Shown in pieces: positions 1 to 7,383 of a stretch of DNA of 20,000 nt (its first letter is position 1; each line of letters opens with the position of its first letter). The DNA comes from an uncultured virus (IMG/VR IMGVR_UViG_3300033165_000106) (Duplodnaviria; Heunggongvirae; Uroviricota; Caudoviricetes): the IMG/VR virus record IMGVR_UViG_3300033165_000106. One strand, 5' to 3'. Position numbers and translations under genes: made by a program. The notes under the pieces were generated by a model. That model worked only from the letters and a program-made list of their open reading frames with translations, did not search any database and was not told the DNA's origin.

Positions 1-1
1 G

Positions 2-376
2 TTAATGGTATCGCAATCTACCTACGGAAATAATCGGGGGAAATATTATATTGCCGGGTTGAACGGACTCCGCTGGAGTCGCGGCGCAACAATGGCGGCA
101 AATATTATCGTGGAAGTGATCAATTATCCCGCGATGGAAGCCAACGGGGTAGATTTCAACACGCCCGAAGAAATGGATCCCTATCACGCCTGGATTCAGA
201 TTCAGAAATATCGGGGTGGACAAACTGGACAATTTCCGTTAAAATGGGAAGGTAACTATACACGCTATTTCGACCCTGAGTTATTCACTAAAAAGGAAGA
301 CAGTCTGGTTTTCGAGCACCTTTTAGAGTTGCCGGAAGCCAAACGGTTAGTAGAAAAGTGGCGCTATGTTCGCTGA
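2..376 (+). CDS. C-terminal part of a DnaB-like (SF4) replicative helicase, truncated by the window start
   Basis: Frame is open from the window edge. VSQ resembles H3 (LSQL), GLRWSRGATMAANIIVEV resembles H4 (DLRESGSIEQDADVVIFL), and IQIQKYRGGQTGQFPLKWEGNYTRY resembles the arginine-finger segment IIAKNRNGPTGTVKLAFxxEYTRF. It lies upstream of the DNA polymerase. Confidence 0.7.
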   Translation, partial: LMVSQSTYGNNRGKYYIAGLNGLRWSRGATMAANIIVEVINYPAMEANGVDFNTPEEMDPYHAWIQIQKYRGGQTGQFPLKWEGNYTRYFDPELFTKKEDSLVFEHLLELPEAKRLVEKWRYVR

Positions 377-593
377 TCCTGCTCCCGAAATCTATAACCA
401 ACCGCCCCAATATGCTGTTCCTATAAGTGTGATGGAACGACTCGTGATCCTGCAGAAGGGGATTAATGCTGATATGTTTGATACGTATGTAAGTATCATT
501 TGTCAGGATTTTAGAACCAACCGACTGTATCATTTCTACTTTTCTATTCACGACATGGGCGCGAGTGTGTGGTATAAGGAGTGTTGGAATTGA
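366..593 (+). CDS. Hypothetical phage protein (75 aa)
   Basis: ATG-started ORF overlapping both neighbours in a tightly packed operon; no recognisable motif. Confidence 0.6.
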   Translation: MFADPAPEIYNQPPQYAVPISVMERLVILQKGINADMFDTYVSIICQDFRTNRLYHFYFSIHDMGASVWYKECWN

Positions 594-1450
594 TTATCTG
601 TTCGATGGGAGGGGGATTTTCTTCTACAGCATGGTTGCCGCGTGTTCTTTTAAGTCAGTATCCAAAAGAGCAGATACATTTTGTTACATCGGTGTTACCA
701 AACGAACATCCCTCTATGTGGCAGTTATATGATGCAGTTGAAAAGGGGCTAGACATTCAGGTTACGTATATAGCATATGATAAAGAAAATAAATGGCAAT
801 ACATAAATAAACAAGACAGGATAAATAAGGAAAAGTTATGGACACCCTTTGATATATTTGATGATGTAAAGATGTTAGGTAATAGTCGATTTGATCCTTG
901 CTCTCGTATTTTAAAACGAGAAACACTATTAAATTATATTAAGGATAATTTTAATTCGTGTACTTTAGCAGTGGGTATTCATGCGGATGAAATAGATCGT
1001 ATGTTATCGATTAAAACTAATTGGAGGAATAACGGATTTGATGTTGTGTTTCCTTTGATTGATTTGCCACGATACTCAGACACAGAACAACAGCAGAAAC
1101 TACAAGAGTGGTATGGGGTACAACTTGATCTTTACCAATTAGGCTTTGAGCACAATAATTGTCACGGTGCTTGTGTCAAGGCAGGACAAAGACAGTGGGC
1201 TTTGTTGTGGTATTACTATCCAGAGATTTATCAAGAGTGGGAAGATAGAGAAAACGAGTGGCGTTTAGAGAACGGGGATTATACTATATTGAAAAAGAAA
1301 ATAAAGGGAGAAACTGTTTATATAACCCTTAAAGAGTTTAGGGTGTTATTTCTTGAACCTGCCTTATCAGTGGACAAAGATACATTTTTAACTCGATACA
1401 TTAAAGAGTTATCTACTAATCCGCCATGCTATTTTTGTTCGGCAATATAA
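581..1450 (+). CDS. PAPS-reductase-like / adenine nucleotide alpha-hydrolase (PP-loop) family phage protein
   Basis: N-terminal PP-loop-like SMGGGFSS, then DPCSRILKRE, GIHADEIDR, FPLID, LYQLGFEHNNCHGACVKAG and a C-terminal CYFC. This motif order matches phage PAPS-reductase-like proteins. Confidence 0.75.
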   Translation: MLELIICSMGGGFSSTAWLPRVLLSQYPKEQIHFVTSVLPNEHPSMWQLYDAVEKGLDIQVTYIAYDKENKWQYINKQDRINKEKLWTPFDIFDDVKMLGNSRFDPCSRILKRETLLNYIKDNFNSCTLAVGIHADEIDRMLSIKTNWRNNGFDVVFPLIDLPRYSDTEQQQKLQEWYGVQLDLYQLGFEHNNCHGACVKAGQRQWALLWYYYPEIYQEWEDRENEWRLENGDYTILKKKIKGETVYITLKEFRVLFLEPALSVDKDTFLTRYIKELSTNPPCYFCSAI

Positions 1451-1452
1451 TC

Positions 1453-3186
1453 ATGAACATCAACATGCTGCCTTTATTTCCGTCTGTTTTGGGACTGGAT
1501 ATCGAAACAGATGGGCTGGATCGTTTTTCGGCTCAGATTACCGCTGTTGGTCTATCCGATGGAGAAGACACTTGGGTACTGACTGAGGGTTATGAGAGAT
1601 TGATTTCTTTACTTGAAGATCCGTCTGTTCTAAAAGTTATTCATAACGCGGACTTCGATCTCACCGTCCTGTGTTTCAGGATGAAAGTTGATCATAATAT
1701 CGAAGTCAAGCCTCAGAATATTTATGACACCCTTCTAGTCGAGAGAGTGCTGAATAACGGCCTATCCATTTCTAATAAACTAGAAGACGCTCTCGCTCGC
1801 AGATTAGGGATCTTAGTTGATAAATCTTTGCAGGAATCATTCACGGGAGGGGGGTTAAGTGAAGATCAACTGAGTTATATCGAGAACGACTGCAAACATT
1901 TAATTAAACTCCGCGACGAGCAGATGAGAGAAGTTAGTCTTTGCGGTATGGAGTGGGTGGTTGATCTCGAAAACAAAGACGTACTGGTAACTTTAGATAA
2001 GACTTTAACAGGTATCGGCATCGATCTCGAACAGTTTGAGGCTATTCGGGCGCAAATTCCCGCTGTGTTGGATCAGATTCTATCTCAGATTAAAGACATT
2101 TTAGGCGAAGACTTTGTTATCGAGGTCGAACGCACCAAAAAGGGCGAGAAATACACCGAAGAAATTCCCGTTAACGAGATTAAGTGGAATGCCTGGCAGC
2201 AGTTAAAGCCTGCTTTACATAAAGTTGGCGTCAAAGTTAATAACACGCAGCGCGGTACTTTAGAAGAGAGACAAGATCAGCATCCCCTTATTCCTCTGGT
2301 TTTGGAATATAAAACGTGGTTCAAGATGTTGGGCTGGCATTGGGACGAGTTTATTAATCCCATTACAGGTCGAATTCACCCTAACTGGAACCAATTAGGA
2401 CCAATTACTGCACGGTTTTCGTGTTCGGATCCGAACATGCAGCAGATTCCACGACCGGACGGTGTAAGACCGAATTTTAGATCGCTGTTTTTGCCGCTTC
2501 CCGGTCATAAGTTGTTAGTAGCCGACTGGTCACAACAGGAGCCTCGAATTCTAGCGCATGTCTCTCAGGACGAGAAGATGATCGCCGCTGCTAATTCAAG
2601 TGATATTTACTCTGCCTTCGGTAAAGACGTGTGGGGCGAAGAGATTACCAAAAAAGATCCGCGCCGCCAGATTATGAAGATCGGAGTGCTCGCCTCTTTC
2701 TATGGGGTATGGCACGTTAATCTCGCTTCGCGCATGGGGTTGTCTGAAAAGGAAGCCGAGAAACTACAAAAGAAAATTTTCAATACCTATCGTAAAGCCA
2801 AACAGTGGGGCGATTATCAAATTAAAGGAGTTATGCAACACGGTTATACGCAGTCGGTCATGGGGCGCAGGATTTACTTTGAGGACACCAGCCCGCGTAT
2901 GCAGTGGCGTCTCAAGAAAGAATCTCGAAACTACCCCATTCAAACAACCGGCGCGGACATGGCAAAGTTAGCCGAAGTTAAAATTTATGATATAATTCAG
3001 AAGAAGAATTACGATGCTCACTTTATCATTGGATTACACGACGAATTAGTTCTATCCTGCCACGAATCACAGGCTAAAGATTGTTTTGCCGATATGAAAC
3101 AGGCCATGATGGAAGCGGGGTCTGAGATCTGTCCGTCCGTACAGTTTCCGGTCGAAGGGGTGGTATCTGATAAATGGGAACATTAA
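1453..3186 (+). CDS. polA: DNA polymerase family A (3'-5' exonuclease plus polymerase, no 5'-3' exonuclease)
   Basis: ExoI LDIETDGL, ExoII HNADFDL, ExoIII YIENDC; TARFSCSDPNMQQIP; motif A ADWSQQEPRILAH; motif B RQIMKIGVLASFYG; NYPIQTTGAD; motif C LHDELV. ATG at 1453 follows the upstream stop at 1450. Confidence 0.95.
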   Translation: MNINMLPLFPSVLGLDIETDGLDRFSAQITAVGLSDGEDTWVLTEGYERLISLLEDPSVLKVIHNADFDLTVLCFRMKVDHNIEVKPQNIYDTLLVERVLNNGLSISNKLEDALARRLGILVDKSLQESFTGGGLSEDQLSYIENDCKHLIKLRDEQMREVSLCGMEWVVDLENKDVLVTLDKTLTGIGIDLEQFEAIRAQIPAVLDQILSQIKDILGEDFVIEVERTKKGEKYTEEIPVNEIKWNAWQQLKPALHKVGVKVNNTQRGTLEERQDQHPLIPLVLEYKTWFKMLGWHWDEFINPITGRIHPNWNQLGPITARFSCSDPNMQQIPRPDGVRPNFRSLFLPLPGHKLLVADWSQQEPRILAHVSQDEKMIAAANSSDIYSAFGKDVWGEEITKKDPRRQIMKIGVLASFYGVWHVNLASRMGLSEKEAEKLQKKIFNTYRKAKQWGDYQIKGVMQHGYTQSVMGRRIYFEDTSPRMQWRLKKESRNYPIQTTGADMAKLAEVKIYDIIQKKNYDAHFIIGLHDELVLSCHESQAKDCFADMKQAMMEAGSEICPSVQFPVEGVVSDKWEH

Positions 3187-3971
3187 CTGTTCAGTCTGAA
3201 AATCTGGGGCAACTCACGGGTGAGGCAATTGTCCACAAAGCCCTGGAAGAAGTCAAAAAATATCAAGCCCAAGAAGACGTAGATGAAAGATTTTCGCTGC
3301 TGAATAACGCCGCACAGATGAGCGATGCTCTCTCCGAAGGCTTTAAATTAGTGAGGGCAACAGCTTTGTGCATGATCGAGGATATCTGGGATCATCTTGG
3401 GTTTGAAGTGCGTAAAAGTTATGATTACCAGTTTCGTCTTTATGCGGAAAAGAGATGTCCTGATCTGACCTGGACCACCATTCAAAATCACATGCGAGCG
3501 GCAAGGACATTTGTATTGGGAAATGTCAAGCCGCCCGTTGTCGAAGGTAAAATTATTGAGTTTAACCCTCTGGAAACACCTATTTCTAAACTCGTTTTGG
3601 CGAGATCGGTAGCCGAATCAGGGCAGATCAACGACAACCCTAAAATCTGGGAGATACTGACCGATCCCGCTTCGGACGTATCCGAACTCAGGAAAGAGTT
3701 ATTCTCTGAGACAAGTAAAAAGGCAGGCATCGATCCTGAGATTCATTACGAAGTGGTTGGTCCCTATCTGATTGCCAAAAATAATGGAGATGAAGTTATT
3801 CTGGCGGAATTTAATTGGGAGCCTTATTACGATAAGAATGAAATTGCGGTTAGAGCGGTAGATCGGCTGATGAAGTTTCTCGGTGTAACGCTGGACGAAG
3901 AAATTATTTACCGTCAGATGAAAGAGAAATTTGATGCTCGCCAGAAAGCAGAAGAAAGGCGGATCTCGTGA
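3174..3971 (+). CDS. Hypothetical phage protein, possibly DNA-binding (HTH-like segment)
   Basis: 265-aa ORF coupled to its neighbours. FRLYAEKRCPDLTWTTIQNHMRAAR resembles the helical 'F..Y.E.....S..TA.NYMR.A' segments of phage DNA-binding proteins (weak). Confidence 0.6.
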   Translation: MGTLTVQSENLGQLTGEAIVHKALEEVKKYQAQEDVDERFSLLNNAAQMSDALSEGFKLVRATALCMIEDIWDHLGFEVRKSYDYQFRLYAEKRCPDLTWTTIQNHMRAARTFVLGNVKPPVVEGKIIEFNPLETPISKLVLARSVAESGQINDNPKIWEILTDPASDVSELRKELFSETSKKAGIDPEIHYEVVGPYLIAKNNGDEVILAEFNWEPYYDKNEIAVRAVDRLMKFLGVTLDEEIIYRQMKEKFDARQKAEERRIS

Positions 3972-4540
3972 AGCCTAAGACAAACAGAAAAGGCGACATT
4001 CATAAATCGCATAAGATGGATCAGTGTCAAACACCCCCCTATGCGCTGAATCCTTTGCGCCCTTTCCTGTCTCGGTTTTCTCGTGTGTGGGAGTCAGCGG
4101 CGGGTGAGGGGTATCTGGTCAGAGCGCTTGAAGGGGGGGGTTTTGAGGTTACAGGGACCGATCTCCTGACAGGCGATAATTTCTTCACGATGTCAATACC
4201 AAAGGGGTGTGAGGTTCAGATTACCAACCCACCCTTCTCCGCGAAATACGACTGGCTGAGACGAAGTTACGAATTAGAGTTGCCGTTTGCTCTGCTGCTT
4301 CCGATTGAGGTACTGGGTGCTGCCGCTGGACAGAATTTAATTCGGGAATATGGTGCAGAGATTATTTTTTACGATCAGAGGGTGGATTTTAAAATGCCCG
4401 AAAAGGGGTGGAACGGAGGCGGCGCGCAGTTTCCTACTATGTGGCTGACCTGGGGGTTGAATATCGGTCAACAGATGACGTTCGCTCGACTCAACAAACC
4501 CGGCAAAGCCGAGAGAGATAAACTCGATGAAAATACGTGA
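3968..4540 (+). CDS. Phage DNA amino-methyltransferase (probably N6-adenine)
   Basis: DQCQTPPYA, SAM-binding-like VWESAAGEG, NFF and catalytic ITNPPFS. The GTG start overlaps the upstream TGA. Confidence 0.8.
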   Translation: MKPKTNRKGDIHKSHKMDQCQTPPYALNPLRPFLSRFSRVWESAAGEGYLVRALEGGGFEVTGTDLLTGDNFFTMSIPKGCEVQITNPPFSAKYDWLRRSYELELPFALLLPIEVLGAAAGQNLIREYGAEIIFYDQRVDFKMPEKGWNGGGAQFPTMWLTWGLNIGQQMTFARLNKPGKAERDKLDENT

Positions 4541-4853
4541 TGTAAGCATGGTCGAAGAATTTTACGATGATTATGCCGGAGCACCTAATCATGTCAAGAA
4601 ACGGGTAGACAACAAAATTCGGATCATGGGGGAAGCCATTCAAACGAATGGTTGGTGTCATTTGCCTAATTCTTTCAATGCCCATAAGGTCGATAATGTA
4701 CCTGACCTGTGGATCGGCTATATCACGGTGGGCAATCAGGGCTGGCGGGTGCTGTTCGATGTAGACGTTAAAGGTACTCTACGATTTTTGCACTTGCTAT
4801 CTCACGACAACATGGACTTTTTGTTAATGCAACTTCAACGTTGGGAGACTTGA
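4527..4853 (+). CDS. RelE/ParE-superfamily toxin-like protein (putative mRNA interferase)
   Basis: 108 aa with a RelE-like pattern: FYDDY..AP..VKKRVDNKI helix, P.S.NAHKV, LW..YIT...WRVLF.V, and C-terminal LRFLHLLSHD (compare YafQ/HigB-type termini). Confidence 0.55.
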   Translation: MKIRDVSMVEEFYDDYAGAPNHVKKRVDNKIRIMGEAIQTNGWCHLPNSFNAHKVDNVPDLWIGYITVGNQGWRVLFDVDVKGTLRFLHLLSHDNMDFLLMQLQRWET

Positions 4854-4878
4854 CAGCGAGAATCTTTCCTGATATAAT
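4850..4878 (+). promoter_or_regulatory. Consensus sigma70 promoter for the recombinase and cassette operon
   Basis: TTGACA (4850-4855), 17-bp spacer, TATAAT (4873-4878), with extended -10 TG at 4870-4871. RBS AAGGAAGGA (4888-4896) precedes ATG 4901. Confidence 0.9.
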
Positions 4879-4900
4879 GATGTTAGAAAGGAAGGATGAG

Positions 4901-5758
4901 ATGCTAACCCTATACGAGCGGAATGTAGTCGAAGAGATCTTGAACGCTTTGCTGGAGAACTTATCTCCGCTGTCGCGTGAATCTTACCGCGCTTCGATTG
5001 TCAGTTTCTTGCGGTTTTCGATTGCACGTAAGCAGGCCAACCCGTTTCAATCGCCCGTATCAGTTTTCACGGCGTATAAGACGGAACTCAAGAAAGAATA
5101 CGCACCTGCAACCGTCAATAAGAAACTGTCGGCAGTGCGTGAGTTTTTTCGTTACGCCTACATTCACGAGTTGATCACGCACGAGATGTATGAAGGTATC
5201 CGTCTCGTCTCGAATGTTCGCCAGTCGGGTGAGACGTGGCGTGAGTGGTTGGGTGAAGACGAAGCTCATGCTCTATTGGAAAAAGCCGATTTGCTGAGAG
5301 ACAAGGTTGCAATTGTCTTGATGATGATCGTCGGTCTGCGCCGAGAAGAAGCGGTATCAGTTAAATGGGATCAACTCATCCAGCAAAACGGGGTGTGGCT
5401 GTTGGCGAATGTCATCGGTAAGGGCAATAAGATCCGCCACCCTGAAATTCCAGATCGGTATATCCCATTGTTTCAGTTGTGGCGCGAAGACAACTACAAG
5501 GATTATATTCTGGTGTCGATTGACCGGCACGGTAATCTGGGAAATAGGCTGAACAAGACCTCACTCAATAAGATTATGAAAAAGTACGATGTACGACCGC
5601 ACGATCTTCGCCGCACTTCGGCTAAACTGGCAGATGAAGGTGGTGCTCCTATTCGCGCCATTCAGAAGCAGTTAGGACACTCGTCCGTCAAAACAACTGA
5701 GATTTATATGGAGCCTATGCGTGTAGGTGAGAGCGCGGTACACTACATTAAAATATGA
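4901..5758 (+). CDS. Tyrosine recombinase / integrase (XerC/D-like, with core-binding domain)
   Basis: N-terminal LSPLSRESY...APATVNKKLSAVREFFRY; catalytic residues R (GLRREE), K (GKGNK), HxxR (HDLRR), H (LGHSS) and Y (TTEIY). The start at 4901 is chosen from the promoter and RBS. Confidence 0.93.
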   Translation: MLTLYERNVVEEILNALLENLSPLSRESYRASIVSFLRFSIARKQANPFQSPVSVFTAYKTELKKEYAPATVNKKLSAVREFFRYAYIHELITHEMYEGIRLVSNVRQSGETWREWLGEDEAHALLEKADLLRDKVAIVLMMIVGLRREEAVSVKWDQLIQQNGVWLLANVIGKGNKIRHPEIPDRYIPLFQLWREDNYKDYILVSIDRHGNLGNRLNKTSLNKIMKKYDVRPHDLRRTSAKLADEGGAPIRAIQKQLGHSSVKTTEIYMEPMRVGESAVHYIKI

Positions 5759-5792
5759 GGCGCGCCAAGCGCCCTACTCCGAGAGGTGTGAG
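5759..5792 (+). repeat. Intergenic cassette repeat, copy 1
   Basis: GGCGCGCCAAGCGCCCTACTCCGAGAGGTGTGAG begins at the base after the recombinase stop and ends at the base before ATG 5793. Confidence 0.9.
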
Positions 5793-6221
5793 ATGGACGA
5801 TTTATCCGATGGACTGTACGACATACTGTACGACGCCGCCAGGAATGGACACTATATCTCCCCAGCCAACGGCCCGGAGCGTCCGGAATTAAAAACGGTG
5901 CTTGCTTTGGGGCTGTTAACTCCGGGATTGAAGCACGTCTACTGGCATCGTTATGAACTGACAGCGAAGGGTGTTGCCCAACTGAAGCAGAAGAAGGTGC
6001 GCGCCATCCAGGTAGACTTTCCAGGCCAGCCGCCGCTGATACTGCGCAGCCAAGATGAGTTCGAGAGGGACGTTCTGGCGGGCATCGTCAACGATACGTT
6101 GGATTGCCAGATGGACGAACGCAATGGGTTTTCCGACGATGGCACCGAACTGTTCCGTGTGTCCGTCAAAGTCATTGACCTGTATACGCTGGCGACCTTG
6201 CCCGATTGGGAGCCAGTATAG
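5793..6221 (+). CDS. Cassette ORF 1, hypothetical (142 aa) with possible N-terminal winged helix
   Basis: ATG follows GAGAGG within repeat 1. YELTAKGVAQLK resembles a wHTH wing motif. Confidence 0.7.
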   Translation: MDDLSDGLYDILYDAARNGHYISPANGPERPELKTVLALGLLTPGLKHVYWHRYELTAKGVAQLKQKKVRAIQVDFPGQPPLILRSQDEFERDVLAGIVNDTLDCQMDERNGFSDDGTELFRVSVKVIDLYTLATLPDWEPV

Positions 6222-6223
6222 CA

Positions 6224-6257
6224 GGCGCGCACAGCGCCCTACCCTGGGAGGTGTGAG
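6224..6257 (+). repeat. Intergenic cassette repeat, copy 2
   Basis: GGCGCGCACAGCGCCCTACCCTGGGAGGTGTGAG, 29/34 identical to copy 1, between TAG 6219-6221 and ATG 6260. Confidence 0.9.
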
Positions 6258-6259
6258 AC

Positions 6260-6469
6260 ATGAACAAACAACAAGCAAAACAACATATCTGTAGCATCGC
6301 GGCGGATATTGTAAGCTGCTTGGATGAACCGCTACTTTTTGCAGATACCGGAGAACCTCATACCGATGAGGACACTGCCCGCTTACGACAAGCGCGTGAT
6401 GAGCTGGTGCGCGAACTCAAACGACGCAGTAAGCCAGTGCAAAAGAAGACCCACGAAGACGAAGACTAG
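6260..6469 (+). CDS. Cassette ORF 2, hypothetical (69 aa)
   Basis: ATG follows GGGAGG of repeat 2; its stop abuts repeat 3. Confidence 0.75.
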   Translation: MNKQQAKQHICSIAADIVSCLDEPLLFADTGEPHTDEDTARLRQARDELVRELKRRSKPVQKKTHEDED

Positions 6470-6501
6470 CGGGCGCACAGCGCCCTACCCCGGAGGAGGG
6501 G
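6470..6501 (+). repeat. Intergenic cassette repeat, copy 3
   Basis: CGGGCGCACAGCGCCCTACCCCGGAGGAGGGG shares the 18-nt core GCGCACAGCGCCCTACCC with copy 2 and contains the perfect dyad GGGCGC-ACA-GCGCCC. Confidence 0.85.
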
Positions 6502-6756
6502 ATGATGGAACCATACGTGTATTTCAACATTGACGGCCACATAAAAAACGCCGGCCCAGGCTGGGTTGGCGGACGCTGGCAAGTCGGAAAAACTGAACCG
6601 CTCCCACTCGCCGTCATGCTGGCTAAGCTGACCAAAATCGTGCTGGACCACTACATGCAGTTTGAGGACACCGACACGCTCAACAACAATCTGGACAAGT
6701 TCCGACAGGTTATCAACGACGTGCGCATTATTGAGGAGGCCCCCGACCATGACTGA
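6502..6756 (+). CDS. Cassette ORF 3, hypothetical (84 aa)
   Basis: ATG follows GGAGGAGG of repeat 3. Confidence 0.75.
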   Translation: MMEPYVYFNIDGHIKNAGPGWVGGRWQVGKTEPLPLAVMLAKLTKIVLDHYMQFEDTDTLNNNLDKFRQVINDVRIIEEAPDHD

Positions 6757-7099
6757 CCAACTGCTGCCCCCCGACGACTTGCGCGCAATCGAGGCGCGGG
6801 CGGAGAACTGGCAAGACCTGAACCTGGATTTTTTAGCCTTTCAAGACATCCCCGCGCTGCTGGCGCACATCCGCGCCCAGGACGCGGCGCTGGCGCGGCT
6901 GCGGGACGCGCTGGCGGCGCTTGTGGACGCTGAGGCGCACGGCACACCTGGTGGGTATATCGGCGTAGACACAGGCGGAGAGACACATGACCGCCACTGC
7001 ACTTACTGCTATACATTCTGGCGCATGGGCGAACCCGAACGCCACGACGACGACTGCCCGGTAGCCGTCGCCCGCGCGCTGCTGGACGGGAGCGAATGA
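6749..7099 (+). CDS. Hypothetical phage protein (Ead/Ea22-like N-terminus, C-terminal CxxC...HxxxC putative Zn site)
   Basis: GAGGAGG RBS precedes ATG 6749. DLRAIEARAE...DIPALLAHIR is typical of small phage accessory proteins; HCTYC...HDDDCP. Very GC-rich. Confidence 0.7.
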   Translation: MTDQLLPPDDLRAIEARAENWQDLNLDFLAFQDIPALLAHIRAQDAALARLRDALAALVDAEAHGTPGGYIGVDTGGETHDRHCTYCYTFWRMGEPERHDDDCPVAVARALLDGSE

Positions 7100-7383
7100 T
7101 GCTTAAAAGACGTGTAGAATTTATTGGTTTGCAAAATGGAGAAACTGTCTCTGGGCACATCTACGCTCGTAATTGGGACGAAGTAACTGATTATTTAAAC
7201 TCAGAGAATGTAGAAAAGGCGCTCATGGGCTATGCGGGATTTGTGCCTGAGAATCTTATTCTGCCCCACTCTATTGTAATGTTAATTGTCAATAAGTTTG
7301 GTAGGGATGCAGGTCAAATGCTTGAAGAGACAAACAACTGGTTTTTAGGGTTATTGGAGAAAACAGTTAATGAGGACTTTTAA
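7096..7383 (+). CDS. Hypothetical phage protein (95 aa)
   Basis: ATGA overlap with the upstream stop; part of a coupled ORF chain. Confidence 0.65.
   Translation: MMLKRRVEFIGLQNGETVSGHIYARNWDEVTDYLNSENVEKALMGYAGFVPENLILPHSIVMLIVNKFGRDAGQMLEETNNWFLGLLEKTVNEDF

Noticed and set aside
4841..4900. Longer recombinase N-terminus starting at TTG 4841
   Set aside because: It would overlap the consensus promoter; the RBS supports ATG 4901.
5759..6501. The three repeats as a CRISPR array or classical attC sites
   Set aside because: The spacers are whole ORFs of 210-430 bp, no cas genes are present, and the attC core motifs (RYYYAAC...GTTRRRY) are absent.
5916..7160. Several - strand ORFs (72-169 aa) across the GC-rich block
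   Set aside because: The + strand ORFs have clear RBSs and tile the region; the reverse ORFs are expected by chance at high GC.
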